From Minisyncoccota bacterium (GTDB lineage: Bacteria; Patescibacteriota; Minisyncoccia; Phycocordibacterales; UBA9973), in the NCBI GenBank assembly GCA_041666045.1, contig JBAYHR010000004.1, forward strand, positions 4,996 to 68,995: a DNA stretch of 64,000 nt. Direction: 5' to 3'. The notes under the pieces were generated by a model, which did no database searches, had not been told where the DNA came from, and was given only the letters and a program-made list of their open reading frames with translations. A program made the translations under genes and the position numbers. Shown in pieces: positions 20,216-29,616 of the stretch (within the stretch, counting starts at the first letter, position 1; every line of letters starts with the position of its first letter).

Positions 20216-20641
20216 TTATATAAATTCTATCTCAAAAGGATACATACCCATTCCACAAGTGCCCTCAAATGTGCCTACTTTTTGTATTCCTATATCAATA
20301 TCTGTTGTACCAGACATTGGTAAATTTTTAGTTAAATTCATACTAGGAATTCTAAGAATAGAAGAACAATCAAAAGTACCATTGGTGTTAACTCTTAATA
20401 TTGTAGGAATACCAGCTTTCGCAGTACTTTTTATTGGGAAAAATCCACCCTTAGCTTTAACTTCAACAATTTGTTTACCATCTACAATAAAAACATTATT
20501 CACATTCTGCTCTTCTATCACCTTTTTTCCTTTAGGAGAAGAAGATGAAAAGTAAATTGCTCCGCCAACAATTAACCCTGCAACTATAATAGAAATTATT
20601 ATTGACGTATTTGAATTATTTATTTGTTTTGTTTTACTCAT
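20216..20641 (-). CDS. Hypothetical exported/membrane-anchored protein, possibly metal-binding
   Basis: N-terminal TM; Cys/Met-containing C-terminus (TCGMGMYP); located in the copper cluster; start probably at the second Met because the first 10 codons are encoded by a repeat copy. Confidence 0.35.
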   Translation of the reverse strand: MSKTKQINNSNTSIIISIIVAGLIVGGAIYFSSSSPKGKKVIEEQNVNNVFIVDGKQIVEVKAKGGFFPIKSTAKAGIPTILRVNTNGTFDCSSILRIPSMNLTKNLPMSGTTDIDIGIQKVGTFEGTCGMGMYPFEIEFI

Positions 20642-20674
20642 TGATTTTACGAAATCACGTCGCGCAACCATCAG
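20641..20674. repeat. GC-rich repeat, family A copy 3 (GATTTTACGAAATCACGTCGCGCAACCATC)
   Basis: About 85% identical to the copies at 43276-43310 and 43347-43381. Confidence 0.6.
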
Positions 20675-20689
20675 ATTAGCGAAACGCGG

Positions 20690-21745
20690 TTAAAAATTAA
20701 AAATTGGAGGTAAAATATTTATTACAACCAATGCATTAATAAGATTAAAAATTGCAAATAATATTACGACTAATCCGGCTGTCTTAAAGAAAATTCCAGA
20801 CTTTGAACTTTTTTGAATACTGAATGAACTGAAAGAAAGAAGCGCAAGTACTGGGAATGTTCCTAATGCAAATGATAACATAGTGAATGCTCCTTGTGAA
20901 AAATTACCAGTGGAAAGTGTAAAGATCTGCATTGATTGAGTAAAACCACAAGGTAAGAAAAAAGTGGCAACACCCACTAACGCTGGAGTAAGCGTATGAT
21001 TTAGTTTTGAAACACCCATAGCATGCTTGGAAATAAATTTTGGCATTCCAGGTTGAAGTTTTTTTGCCCAATGAAAAATATCAAGCAAATTAATTCCTAA
21101 AATTAACATCACTATCGCAATAATAAAACCTAATATAAATGTCCCAATTGAGCCAAGTTGAAAAGCAGATCCAATAGCGCCAATCACTCCTCCTAAAATA
21201 AAGAAAGAAACTAGTCTACTAATATGGAACATCGCATGTGGTTTTATTTTGCCTGCCCCGTAGGAAGTACTCTTTCCTTCGGGGTCTCCTTCGCGCGCAA
21301 ATGTCGCAGACATAGAAAGCACAAGTCCTCCTACTACAGCCATACAAGAAGAAAGCGATGCAATAATTCCTATAATAAAAGCCGTACCATAAGAAATATT
21401 ATCTGTCGCAATTAAATTTACTAATCCAATTTTTTGTAAAAAAACATAAAACACTACAAAAAAAATCGTTATAGGTATAGCAATTTTAAATTCACTCCAT
21501 TTCACTTCTTTTTTATGTTTATCTACTGCAAGAGTATAACCGTGTTTTACTAAAACTGTATTTAATTCTGTGGCAATATCTTCTGGTAATCTATCTCCGA
21601 AATCTCCAACTACTTCAACTAAATTAGAATTTAAGCTTGCTTTAACTTTTGAAATAAAAGGAAATTCTTTTAATTCACTTTCCGTCATTAATTCACATGA
21701 TTTACAATGCATTCCTTTAATATGAAATTTGTATGTTTTTTCCAT
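20690..21745 (-). CDS. HMA-domain fused to CcdA/DsbD-like polytopic membrane protein
   Basis: N-terminal GMHCKSC heavy-metal-associated motif; conserved Cys residues in separate TM helices (LSSCMAV, FLPCGF). Confidence 0.55.
   Translation of the reverse strand: MEKTYKFHIKGMHCKSCELMTESELKEFPFISKVKASLNSNLVEVVGDFGDRLPEDIATELNTVLVKHGYTLAVDKHKKEVKWSEFKIAIPITIFFVVFYVFLQKIGLVNLIATDNISYGTAFIIGIIASLSSCMAVVGGLVLSMSATFAREGDPEGKSTSYGAGKIKPHAMFHISRLVSFFILGGVIGAIGSAFQLGSIGTFILGFIIAIVMLILGINLLDIFHWAKKLQPGMPKFISKHAMGVSKLNHTLTPALVGVATFFLPCGFTQSMQIFTLSTGNFSQGAFTMLSFALGTFPVLALLSFSSFSIQKSSKSGIFFKTAGLVVILFAIFNLINALVVINILPPIFNF
21256..21284. repeat. GC-rich palindromic element, family B (CCCCGTAGGAAG...CTTCCTTCGGGG), in frame inside a CDS
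   Basis: Imperfect 11-bp inverted arms; near-identical copy at 57307-57335; encodes the loop peptide DPEGKSTSYGAG in the CcdA-like protein. Confidence 0.55.
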
Positions 21746-21750
21746 AAATT

Positions 21751-24084
21751 TTATAATTTCTTTGCCTTAATTCTTAATGAATTTGAAACGACCGATACAC
21801 TAGATAATGCCATGGCCATCCCTGCAAAAATTGGATTAAGTAGCCAACCAAATATTGGATAAAAAATCCCTGTTGCAAGTGGAATACCTATAACGTTGTA
21901 GAAAAATGCCCAAAAAAGATTCTGTCTTATTCCACGCATAGTAATTTTAGACAATTTTATAGCTTTAGCAAGTTTTGAAATGTCTCCGTATAAAAGCGTA
22001 ATTCCTGCAGATTCTATCGCTACATCTGTGCCTGTGCCCATTGCTATACCTACATCAGCTTGTGCAAGCGCTGGAGCATCATTTACGCCATCTCCAGCCA
22101 TAGCGACAATCTTACCTTCTGCTTGTAAAGACTTAATAGTATCTAATTTATCTTCTGGCATTACCTCGGCTAATACTTCATCAATGCCAACTTGTTTTGC
22201 AATATATTCTGCTGTTTGTTTATTATCTCCTGTAAGCATTATAATTTTAACTCCAAGCTTGTGAAGTTCAGCAACTGCCTGCATTGATTCTTTTTTTATA
22301 GAATCTGCAATCATAATAAAACCAAGAACTTTTTCCTTCGTCATTAAAACAACTGGCGTCTTTCCTTCCAATGTAAATTTATCTAATTGCGCTGTATCAA
22401 AAGAAATTTTTAAATCATTTATCAATCCAACACTACCAATAAAATATTCTGTATTATTTATTAATCCTTTTAACCCTCTTCCTTTTATGCTTTCAAAATT
22501 GGAAACTTCTTTTAGTTGAATTTTCTTTTCTTTAGAATAATTTAATATTGCATGAGCAATCGGATGTTCTGATTTATTTTCCAAAGACGCAAGAATAGAA
22601 ATCTGATCTACATCTAAATTTTGTATATCAATAAGTTCTGGTTTACCTTTTGTTATTGTTCCTGTTTTATCTACTACTACAACATTTACCTTATGAAGTT
22701 TTTCCAATGTTGCAGCGTCTTTTATTAAAATTCCTTCTTTTGCTCCTTTACCAACTCCCACAATAATAGCAGTTGGTGTAGCAAGTCCAAGCGCACAAGG
22801 ACAAGCTATCACAAGAACACTAACAAACGAAACAAGACCTAAAGACAAAGCGCTAGATAAGCCAAGCGTGCTTGAACCAAGAAATATCCACAAACCTAAT
22901 GACAAAAATGAAATAACTAAAACAATCGGTACAAAAATTCCTGAAATTTTATCCGCTAATGCTTGAATCGGTGCTTTACTACCTTGCGCTTCTTCAACCA
23001 TTTTTATTATATGTGCAAGCAAAGTCTCAAATCCTACTTTCGTAGCTTTAAAATTAAATGACCCGCTAGTATTTATCGTCCCTGCGGAAACTGTATCATT
23101 TATTTCTTTATGAACTGGCATAGGCTCTCCAGTTATCATTGATTCATCTATATACGAACTCCCTTCCACTACTACTCCATCGACAGCTATCTTAGACCCT
23201 GGTTTAACGACAATAATATCTCCGTGTACAACTTCATTTACAGAAATTTCAACTTCTTGTCCACCTCTTACAACCAAAGCTGTCTTTGCTTGCAAATTTG
23301 AAAGTTGTTCTATAGCATCTCCTGTTTTTAATTTTGATTTAGCTTCTAAATATTTTCCTAAAGTTATAAAAGCAATGACGATAATAGTAATATCAAAATA
23401 AGTTTGATCTACATTTAAAAAATCCTGAAGTTGCGTAGAAAAAAAGGTAATTATCATACTGTATAAGTATGCGACTGAAGTTCCTATTCCTATCAACGTA
23501 TCCATATTTGCTCTACCATAACGCAAAAATCTATACACCCCTAAAAGATATGGCTTACCTACAAAGAACAACATATATGTAGCCATAACTGGCAACATAT
23601 AAACAAAAAGTTTTTTAATTAAAATAGATGGCTCAGATACTAATTCATATTTCATTAAAATATCCCAAACCATTACAAAAAGACTAATTATTGCAAGTGG
23701 TATTGCAGACATTACTTTTAATTTCATACTATTTATTTCAGCAAGTTTATCTTTTTTATTTTGACCTATTCCTGTATGCGCCTTATGTTCATCTTCACTC
23801 ATCCCCATCCCGTTAGAGGCAGAGGGTCGCTGCGAGCCCTCGCGGCCTCTAACGGGACCCATACTCTCTGCAGTCTCAGTAATTAAAGAATACCCTAAGT
23901 GTTCTATGTTTTTAGAAAGATTCTCCACATTAATTTTATTTTCATCAAAAGATAATTTTGCAGATTCATTCCCATAATTCACTTCAGCCGAAATTACTCC
24001 ATCTATTTTCTTAAATGTCTTTTCTATTATTCCTGCGCATGAAGCACAATGCATTCCTTTTATTTTGTAAATATTTTTTATCAT
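21751..24084 (-). CDS. copA: Copper-translocating P1B-type ATPase CopA
   Basis: N-terminal HMA GMHCASCAG; CPC motif; DKTGT; GDGVNDAP; 777 aa. Confidence 0.9.
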   Translation of the reverse strand: MIKNIYKIKGMHCASCAGIIEKTFKKIDGVISAEVNYGNESAKLSFDENKINVENLSKNIEHLGYSLITETAESMGPVRGREGSQRPSASNGMGMSEDEHKAHTGIGQNKKDKLAEINSMKLKVMSAIPLAIISLFVMVWDILMKYELVSEPSILIKKLFVYMLPVMATYMLFFVGKPYLLGVYRFLRYGRANMDTLIGIGTSVAYLYSMIITFFSTQLQDFLNVDQTYFDITIIVIAFITLGKYLEAKSKLKTGDAIEQLSNLQAKTALVVRGGQEVEISVNEVVHGDIIVVKPGSKIAVDGVVVEGSSYIDESMITGEPMPVHKEINDTVSAGTINTSGSFNFKATKVGFETLLAHIIKMVEEAQGSKAPIQALADKISGIFVPIVLVISFLSLGLWIFLGSSTLGLSSALSLGLVSFVSVLVIACPCALGLATPTAIIVGVGKGAKEGILIKDAATLEKLHKVNVVVVDKTGTITKGKPELIDIQNLDVDQISILASLENKSEHPIAHAILNYSKEKKIQLKEVSNFESIKGRGLKGLINNTEYFIGSVGLINDLKISFDTAQLDKFTLEGKTPVVLMTKEKVLGFIMIADSIKKESMQAVAELHKLGVKIIMLTGDNKQTAEYIAKQVGIDEVLAEVMPEDKLDTIKSLQAEGKIVAMAGDGVNDAPALAQADVGIAMGTGTDVAIESAGITLLYGDISKLAKAIKLSKITMRGIRQNLFWAFFYNVIGIPLATGIFYPIFGWLLNPIFAGMAMALSSVSVVSNSLRIKAKKL
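23809..23856. mobile_element. 48-bp GC-rich palindromic mini-element inserted in frame in copA (CCCGTTAGAGGC...GCCTCTAACGGG)
   Basis: About 70% GC in a 30% GC gene; 12-bp terminal inverted repeat related to the MITE family TIR; flanked by CCCCAT/ACCCAT (ATGGGK on the coding strand); encodes PVRGREGSQRPSASNG in the HMA-TM1 linker. Confidence 0.6.
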
Positions 24085-24085
24085 T

Positions 24086-24349
24086 TTATTTTCTCTTAAG
24101 CTGATAAACTTTTAATATTTCTTTTGTGGCTTTAGCTGTTTGCCCTTTTTTAATTTGATTAATTAAACAATGCCCCAAATGTCCTTCCATAAGCATATCT
24201 TCAATATTTGAAAGACCTTGCTTAACAGCAGAAGTTTGAGTAATAACATCTATGCAATATTTGTCATTTTCTATCATATTCAAAAGACCTCTCACCTGCC
24301 CTTCTATTATTTTTAATCTATGCGCAATTTTTTGTTTATTATTTTGCAT
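24086..24349 (-). CDS. csoR: CsoR family copper-sensing transcriptional repressor
   Basis: 87 aa; RLKIIEGQVRGL, YCIDVITQ and HLGHC (Cys-His-Cys ligands) of CsoR/RcnR. Confidence 0.8.
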   Translation of the reverse strand: MQNNKQKIAHRLKIIEGQVRGLLNMIENDKYCIDVITQTSAVKQGLSNIEDMLMEGHLGHCLINQIKKGQTAKATKEILKVYQLKRK

Positions 24350-24358
24350 ACGACAAGT

Positions 24359-24437
24359 ATATACCCCCTAGGGGGTATATGTCAAGCATTTTGTGGAAAA
24401 CTATTATATTAAGTATACGGAGGGTAGCCCTCCATAT
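24359..24437 (-). promoter_or_regulatory. CsoR-type operators upstream of csoR-copA
   Basis: Perfect 22-bp palindrome ATATACCCCCTAGGGGGTATAT (24359-24380) and second imperfect palindrome ATACGGAGGGTAGCCCTCCATAT (24415-24437); both are ATACCC-N-GGGTAT type as in known CsoR boxes. Confidence 0.6.
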
Positions 24438-24449
24438 CAAATGACTATA

Positions 24450-24483
24450 AAAAAAATCCTGAGATAAGTCTCAGGATTTTTTA
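24450..24483 (-). terminator. Rho-independent terminator
   Basis: atcctgaga / tctcaggat 9-bp stem flanked by A6 and T5. Confidence 0.7.
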
Positions 24484-25047
24484 TTAAATTTTTTCCAATT
24501 TAGTAAAAATACTTTTACCATTATTTTTTTGAATAACTAAATCAAATCTACTCAATAATAAAGGAAAAAATATTGCTACCAATAACAACACATAACCAAC
24601 ATTGTTATTGTTTACCAAAAAACAAAAACCAATTCCAGTAATTATTGCCGTTGTTAATATGAATAAAAATGTCTTCCAAAATGATAAACTATGATTATAA
24701 ACAACAGTAGTTGCAACTATACACATAAATACAACTGTAGCTAAAACTGTAACTATAACTGCAATAATAAAATAACTAGAAATAATAATACAAATACTAA
24801 CATAAGCAGCTATAATAAACGCGACAATAGTAGCAGTAATAAATGTAAAATAATCATCATCATAATCAATTACAGCAATAACAAAAGAAATAACAGAAAA
24901 AACAACAGCAATGGCAATAATAATGGCAACGGTGGCAACTTTTGAATCATTTGTGATATTAAAAGTTATCACATAGATACACATAAGCACCAATAATACC
25001 ACAACCATACTTAAGGCTAATTTAAAAATCTTTAAATTTAGTTTCAT
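24484..25047 (-). CDS. Hypothetical polytopic membrane protein
   Basis: Five to six TM helices; ORF only. Confidence 0.4.
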   Translation of the reverse strand: MKLNLKIFKLALSMVVVLLVLMCIYVITFNITNDSKVATVAIIIAIAVVFSVISFVIAVIDYDDDYFTFITATIVAFIIAAYVSICIIISSYFIIAVIVTVLATVVFMCIVATTVVYNHSLSFWKTFLFILTTAIITGIGFCFLVNNNNVGYVLLLVAIFFPLLLSRFDLVIQKNNGKSIFTKLEKI

Positions 25048-25233
25048 TTTAAAATCTCCTATATATTAAGTTAAACAATTATTTCAAAAAACTTTATCTA
25101 ACAAAGAATATCACACTACACTATATTTGTCAATACAACATAAAGTGAATTCAACATTGAAGTGCAACACTTAAGAGTTCAATATAAAAACATATAATCT
25201 AGCTTACTAGGCAAGACCTAGTAAGTCTATAAA

Positions 25234-25767
25234 CTATTTTTTCCCTACCATTATAAAAAATGGGGGTAAATTTCTTGGTTCAAAAAATAATTCTGTTTTA
25301 GAAAAATACTTTCTTAAAACTCTAAGCATCATGGGAGTCGTTTGATAAACAATAAAAAGCCCGTCTTTATTGAGCATATTTGCTGTTTGCTCTACAATCT
25401 TTTCTGTATTTTTTTTACTAATATGAGTGAAAGGAATACCTGAAACAACAATATCTGCTTTTTCTATTGTCTTAATAACATCCAACACGTCCCCTCCCGC
25501 TACCACAAGACGCTCATCTTTAATATTACGAAGATCTTCTAAAAAGTTTTTATTGATTTCAATTGCTGTTATTTTCCCATTCTCTGGCAAATATTTTAAA
25601 ATTCTTTTTGTAACTACCCCATCACCAGCTCCATATTCTACGACTTGCAAATGCTCTTTTTTGAATTGTTTTAATATTTTATCTACAACATATTTTGAAG
25701 ATGGCATTATCATAGCTACTCTCCAGAAATCTGTTAACATTGTTTTTAAAAATTTTAAATTTGGCAT
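25234..25767 (-). CDS. Class I SAM-dependent methyltransferase
   Basis: Motif I VVEYGAGDGVVTKRIL; motif II-like VVAGGDVLD. Confidence 0.6.
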   Translation of the reverse strand: MPNLKFLKTMLTDFWRVAMIMPSSKYVVDKILKQFKKEHLQVVEYGAGDGVVTKRILKYLPENGKITAIEINKNFLEDLRNIKDERLVVAGGDVLDVIKTIEKADIVVSGIPFTHISKKNTEKIVEQTANMLNKDGLFIVYQTTPMMLRVLRKYFSKTELFFEPRNLPPFFIMVGKK

Positions 25768-25793
25768 AATATTTTTAAATTATTAATAAAAAA

Positions 25794-26924
25794 TTATTGA
25801 TATTGAATATAAACCGGTTTTGGATTTAATTCCAAAACATCAGCTGGTTGCATTAATACAGTTCCTGCAGTCTTTATATCATTTTTATAAAATAACTTAA
25901 AACCAGTAAACTGCACAGGCTCTTTTACTATGAATTGATTATAAGTATTTTTCTTTTTAGCTTCTCCTCCCCATCCATCCATATGCATAACTATCTGAAC
26001 TTCTGGTAATGGCTTTATATTTTTATAATTTGTAATCATTTTTTGTGTGTAACGATGCACTACAAGAATTTTAGGAGTTAAATTATTTTCTTTTACAAGT
26101 TTAGTTAAATAATTCGTAGCGTAATTTATATCTTGCGCATCAAAAGTACCCACAACAGTCCCTGGTCTTTTTCCTGTCTTCATTGAAAACTCAGCATCTA
26201 TTCCTAAATGCACTTGTGGCATTTTTAAATATTTTTCAAATATAGGTAGTTCAGCTTGTAAATTACTTAAACCAACTTGAATATCAAGAAAAACAATCGC
26301 ATTTATTTTTTCTGCCATTGCAAGAACTTTATCTATTTCTTTATCTGGCATACGGAATCTATACATTCCACTTTCTCCGGGACTTCCTTGCGCTGTAACA
26401 GCAATATAATGAAGCGCTGGAATTGCAGGAATCGTAGGATCAGCGAGAGTCCATTTTTTTACTTCTCCTTGAAGTTTATTAAGCATTTGAGTTTCTGGAT
26501 ATTCTCCAAGAGCTCCCATTTTTGTAGAATATAAATTCCCATAATAAGCGATAATACGATTGAATGGCAAAATCGCTCCAGCGTTTGGATAGACAGTCTT
26601 CACTGGCCATAAATTTGGTTTGGGTTGTGGTGGAGGAATTACTTGCCCTGTTTTCTCGTCTATTTTAGGTTCAACTATTGGTGGAATAGGATTATTAGCT
26701 AATTTTTCTAAAAGAGAATCATATAAAACTGTATCTAATGGAGGAAGAGTTTCTACTATTGGTTCTTCTATTTCTATATTTTTTTCATAAGCTATTTTTT
26801 CTCCAAAAATAAAACCTACATCAAAAAAAGAAACAATAAACAATAAAACCAATACACAACAAGTTGGTATAAAATAACGATGTTTAACTATTTCCTTAGT
26901 TTTGTCTACAATTTTCTTTTTCAT
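25794..26924 (-). CDS. Hypothetical exported protein (N-terminal TM anchor)
   Basis: 376-aa ORF with a Pro-rich linker; no confident family. Confidence 0.4.
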   Translation of the reverse strand: MKKKIVDKTKEIVKHRYFIPTCCVLVLLFIVSFFDVGFIFGEKIAYEKNIEIEEPIVETLPPLDTVLYDSLLEKLANNPIPPIVEPKIDEKTGQVIPPPQPKPNLWPVKTVYPNAGAILPFNRIIAYYGNLYSTKMGALGEYPETQMLNKLQGEVKKWTLADPTIPAIPALHYIAVTAQGSPGESGMYRFRMPDKEIDKVLAMAEKINAIVFLDIQVGLSNLQAELPIFEKYLKMPQVHLGIDAEFSMKTGKRPGTVVGTFDAQDINYATNYLTKLVKENNLTPKILVVHRYTQKMITNYKNIKPLPEVQIVMHMDGWGGEAKKKNTYNQFIVKEPVQFTGFKLFYKNDIKTAGTVLMQPADVLELNPKPVYIQYQ

Positions 26925-26950
26925 TAATATGAAGTATAACAGAAAAATAA

Positions 26951-26980
26951 AAATTTGATAAATTTGATAAATTTGATAAA
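26951..26980. repeat. Tandem repeat (AATTTGATA) x3.3
   Basis: Direct reading; lies just upstream of tRNA-Gln. Confidence 0.7.
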
Positions 26981-27009
26981 CATCAAATTTTATATTATTG
27001 TATCTATAT

Positions 27010-27083
27010 TGGGAGATCGTCTAATGGTAGGACAATGGTTTCTGGAACCATTTATCTAGGTTCGAATCCTAGTCTCCCAGCCA
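27010..27083 (+). tRNA. tRNA-Gln (anticodon CTG), CCA encoded
   Basis: Manual fold: acceptor TGGGAGA/TCTCCCA, D-stem GTCT/GGAC, anticodon stem ATGGT/ACCAT with loop TTCTGGA, T-arm CTAGG-TTCGAAT-CCTAG, discriminator G, then CCA. Confidence 0.8.
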
Positions 27084-27094
27084 AAAAATAGAAT
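27077..27094 (+). repeat. 18-bp direct repeat CCAGCCAAAAAATAGAAT (copy 1, overlaps tRNA-Gln 3' end)
   Basis: Exact second copy at 30405-30422. Confidence 0.6.
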
Positions 27095-27230
27095 CGCCGT
27101 TTTCGCCAAAATTCGGAGCGTCGCAAAGCGACGCGACTGGGGTTGACTTTTTGACTTCAATATGTTATACTTTATATCAATAAAAGTTATCTGAAAACAC
27201 TAAATATAAACCTTTTAAATCTATAAAACC

Positions 27231-27842
27231 ATGGCAATTAAAGAAACATCCATCGGTGAAACTTTTACCGATGACCAAAAGAGACTGATCGCTCTTTACG
27301 AAAAACAAATCGACGATCAACTATTAAATTATTATGTTGAAGGTAAAAAATTAGATGTTAAACCTGAACCTTACCCAAACTTTCACAAAGTTGGCAAAAA
27401 TCTCGGATATGGTTGCGACGAAAGAGTAGTGAGTGAAATTCTAAGAAAATACAGAGAGGCTGGGTGGTTAATCGAATGGGTATTTAACGAATTCCAAAGG
27501 AGCGGAGATTGGGTTTTTAGGTTAAAGAAGATCGACAGCTTTGCTGACTTTAAGGGAAAAAACTTAAAAATTTCTTTTACCTGCAAAAACCCTAAAATCG
27601 TGGTTACGGAACATGAATTGATTATTCCTATATTAGGAGCATGTAAAACCAAAGTTGTTTCTGAAACTAAGGAAGATCTAGATCTAATTGAGTACGTGAA
27701 CTTTTGTATACCATCTAATTTATATATAACAGATGTTAATATAATAAAATACGTAAGGTATTACAACAAGGATAACCATTGGATGGTCTGTCTTCAAGAC
27801 GAAACCTTTGTTTTAGAAAATTTGAAGGTTGAGATAATTTAA
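27231..27842 (+). CDS. Hypothetical protein (GC ~40%, higher than surroundings)
   Basis: 203-aa ORF; composition differs from flanks. Confidence 0.4.
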   Translation: MAIKETSIGETFTDDQKRLIALYEKQIDDQLLNYYVEGKKLDVKPEPYPNFHKVGKNLGYGCDERVVSEILRKYREAGWLIEWVFNEFQRSGDWVFRLKKIDSFADFKGKNLKISFTCKNPKIVVTEHELIIPILGACKTKVVSETKEDLDLIEYVNFCIPSNLYITDVNIIKYVRYYNKDNHWMVCLQDETFVLENLKVEII

Positions 27843-27966
27843 AAATTTCAACAAATAAAGCACATTGATATATTTTATATTGATGTGCTTTTTATTTATT
27901 AAATAATTACTTGTTTATACTTTCTAAATGTTTTTCAATATTAATAAAAAAACATTCATTTATAAT

Positions 27967-28497
27967 TCACTTATTAAAAGTTTCTGATGCTTCATTAAGC
28001 AAATCGTCTAAAGAATAAGTAATTTTAATATTTTTATTTTTCAAACCAACTTGTATTTCTACATCTCGCTTCCTTGAATAATTTGGATCTACTCCAACTA
28101 AAACAGATGCATTCCTTTCTAGAGCCGAGCCTAACTCAAATAGTACGATAGGATTTTCAGAACCAGGAGAAAACCAAAATAATAAAACTTGGGCTTCTCT
28201 AAGTCTAGAATATTCCCAAGTTATTTGTTCTTTTTCTGCATTTGGATCTTCCCTTGGATAATTTTTTCTTCGTGGATTAAAAACAGTAATATCCAAACCC
28301 TCGGAATCCATTTTTTTTACCATCTCGCTCTGCCAATCAGGACAATTTGTAATTCCCCCAGCAAGGAACAAAGATGGTTTTTCAGCCTTTTCTATACTTG
28401 GTGATTCTATGTATTGAATTGATTTAAAAACTTCCTTGGATAAATCCCCTTCTATTACCTTATTCTTTTTTTTGTCACCCGAAGTTATATTTTCCAT
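27967..28497 (-). CDS. Nucleoside 2-deoxyribosyltransferase-like (Rcl/DNPH1-fold) protein
   Basis: PSLFLAGGITNCPDWQ ... LFELGSA motifs; TTTACA-N17-TATAAT promoter just upstream of the second Met, so start set there. Confidence 0.5.
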   Translation of the reverse strand: MENITSGDKKKNKVIEGDLSKEVFKSIQYIESPSIEKAEKPSLFLAGGITNCPDWQSEMVKKMDSEGLDITVFNPRRKNYPREDPNAEKEQITWEYSRLREAQVLLFWFSPGSENPIVLFELGSALERNASVLVGVDPNYSRKRDVEIQVGLKNKNIKITYSLDDLLNEASETFNK

Positions 28498-28645
28498 TTT
28501 ATAATTATATTCCATTACCAGCTACTTGTAAACTACCCCAAACTTGCTTCACTCATAGGGTTACAGCCGAGGGGAACGATGTTTGAATTAGTATTTTAGG
28601 AAAATAAAAAAGAGAAAATAATTAGAATTATTCTCTCTTTAAATA

Positions 28646-28879
28646 TTATTTTGGTGTTGCAGGTCTTAGACGAAAATTTTCAAACATTTTTTCAATGTCT
28701 TTACGTCTAACTTTTTTACTTTGTCTGATAATCCATCTTTGTATGTATAATCTCTTTAAGGCTTCAGTGAATTCTCCTTTTTTATCAAGTTCATCAATGG
28801 ACTTTTCTTGTACTGGCTCTTCGATTTTAAAAATCAATTTACCTTTAACGATTTTAGTTCTTAACTTACATACTTTCAT
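28646..28879 (-). CDS. Hypothetical small basic protein
   Basis: ORF only. Confidence 0.3.
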   Translation of the reverse strand: MKVCKLRTKIVKGKLIFKIEEPVQEKSIDELDKKGEFTEALKRLYIQRWIIRQSKKVRRKDIEKMFENFRLRPATPK

Positions 28880-28902
28880 ATTATTGATTTTAATTGTGAA
28901 TA

Positions 28903-29445
28903 CTAAATAAATCCTTCTCCATAAATTAAATTCGCTAAATAAATCTGTTTTTCAATTAATAAACTAAACATTGATGAAATTCTAATTGATGGAAAGTTAA
29001 TCCATAGAAAAGCTACAAAAATAATACTCAAAAATAAAAGTAGACTAAAAAACAATGTTACAAAAATTGAAGTAAGTAACACCCCAGCGAGAAGAGCTAA
29101 AAAAGCTATTAAACAAATAAAAAATCCTGGATATTCATTATCCCCTGAAAATAACCAAATTAATGTAAATACAAGTATGCATAAAGTTTGACTTAAAAAA
29201 TATAGAGTAAAAGGATTAATCTCTTTTATTCTATTTTCAATTGAATTTAATAATTTTTTTACTCTTTTATTCTTTAAAATAAGATTTTTTAAAAAAGTAA
29301 TTGACATTAAAAACAACAAGATAGCTGTTCCAGCAATTAGTGGAATAATACTTGGTTGATTTAATAAACGACTTGGAAAATCTAAAGGGAACACTATAGT
29401 AATTGAAATTAAAACAATTACTAAAAAAACAATTATTTTTTTCAT
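28903..29445 (-). CDS. Hypothetical polytopic membrane protein
   Basis: Start moved to the internal Met (MKKIIVFLVIV) because the upstream part of the ORF overlaps a terminator and a repeat. Confidence 0.4.
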   Translation of the reverse strand: MKKIIVFLVIVLISITIVFPLDFPSRLLNQPSIIPLIAGTAILLFLMSITFLKNLILKNKRVKKLLNSIENRIKEINPFTLYFLSQTLCILVFTLIWLFSGDNEYPGFFICLIAFLALLAGVLLTSIFVTLFFSLLLFLSIIFVAFLWINFPSIRISSMFSLLIEKQIYLANLIYGEGFI

Positions 29446-29616
29446 ATTATTAGGTATTAAGTTATTTCGAAAAACTGTTATTTTATAAACAATAACATAA
29501 CTAAGTAAAAAATCAAGAACTTCGAATTTGGAAAGATGTTCGAATAAGTATTTTGGGGAAATAAAAAAACAGCTGGATAAAACCATGCTGTTTTAAAAAA
29601 AAATACCAATAATTCA

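Noticed and set aside
21980-22264. Antisense ORFs inside copA, pilB, gatA and secD (for example 21980-22264, 56010-56342, 53422-53652, 51133-51363)
   Set aside because: They lie fully within well-supported conserved genes on the opposite strand and have low-complexity composition. They are treated as spurious.
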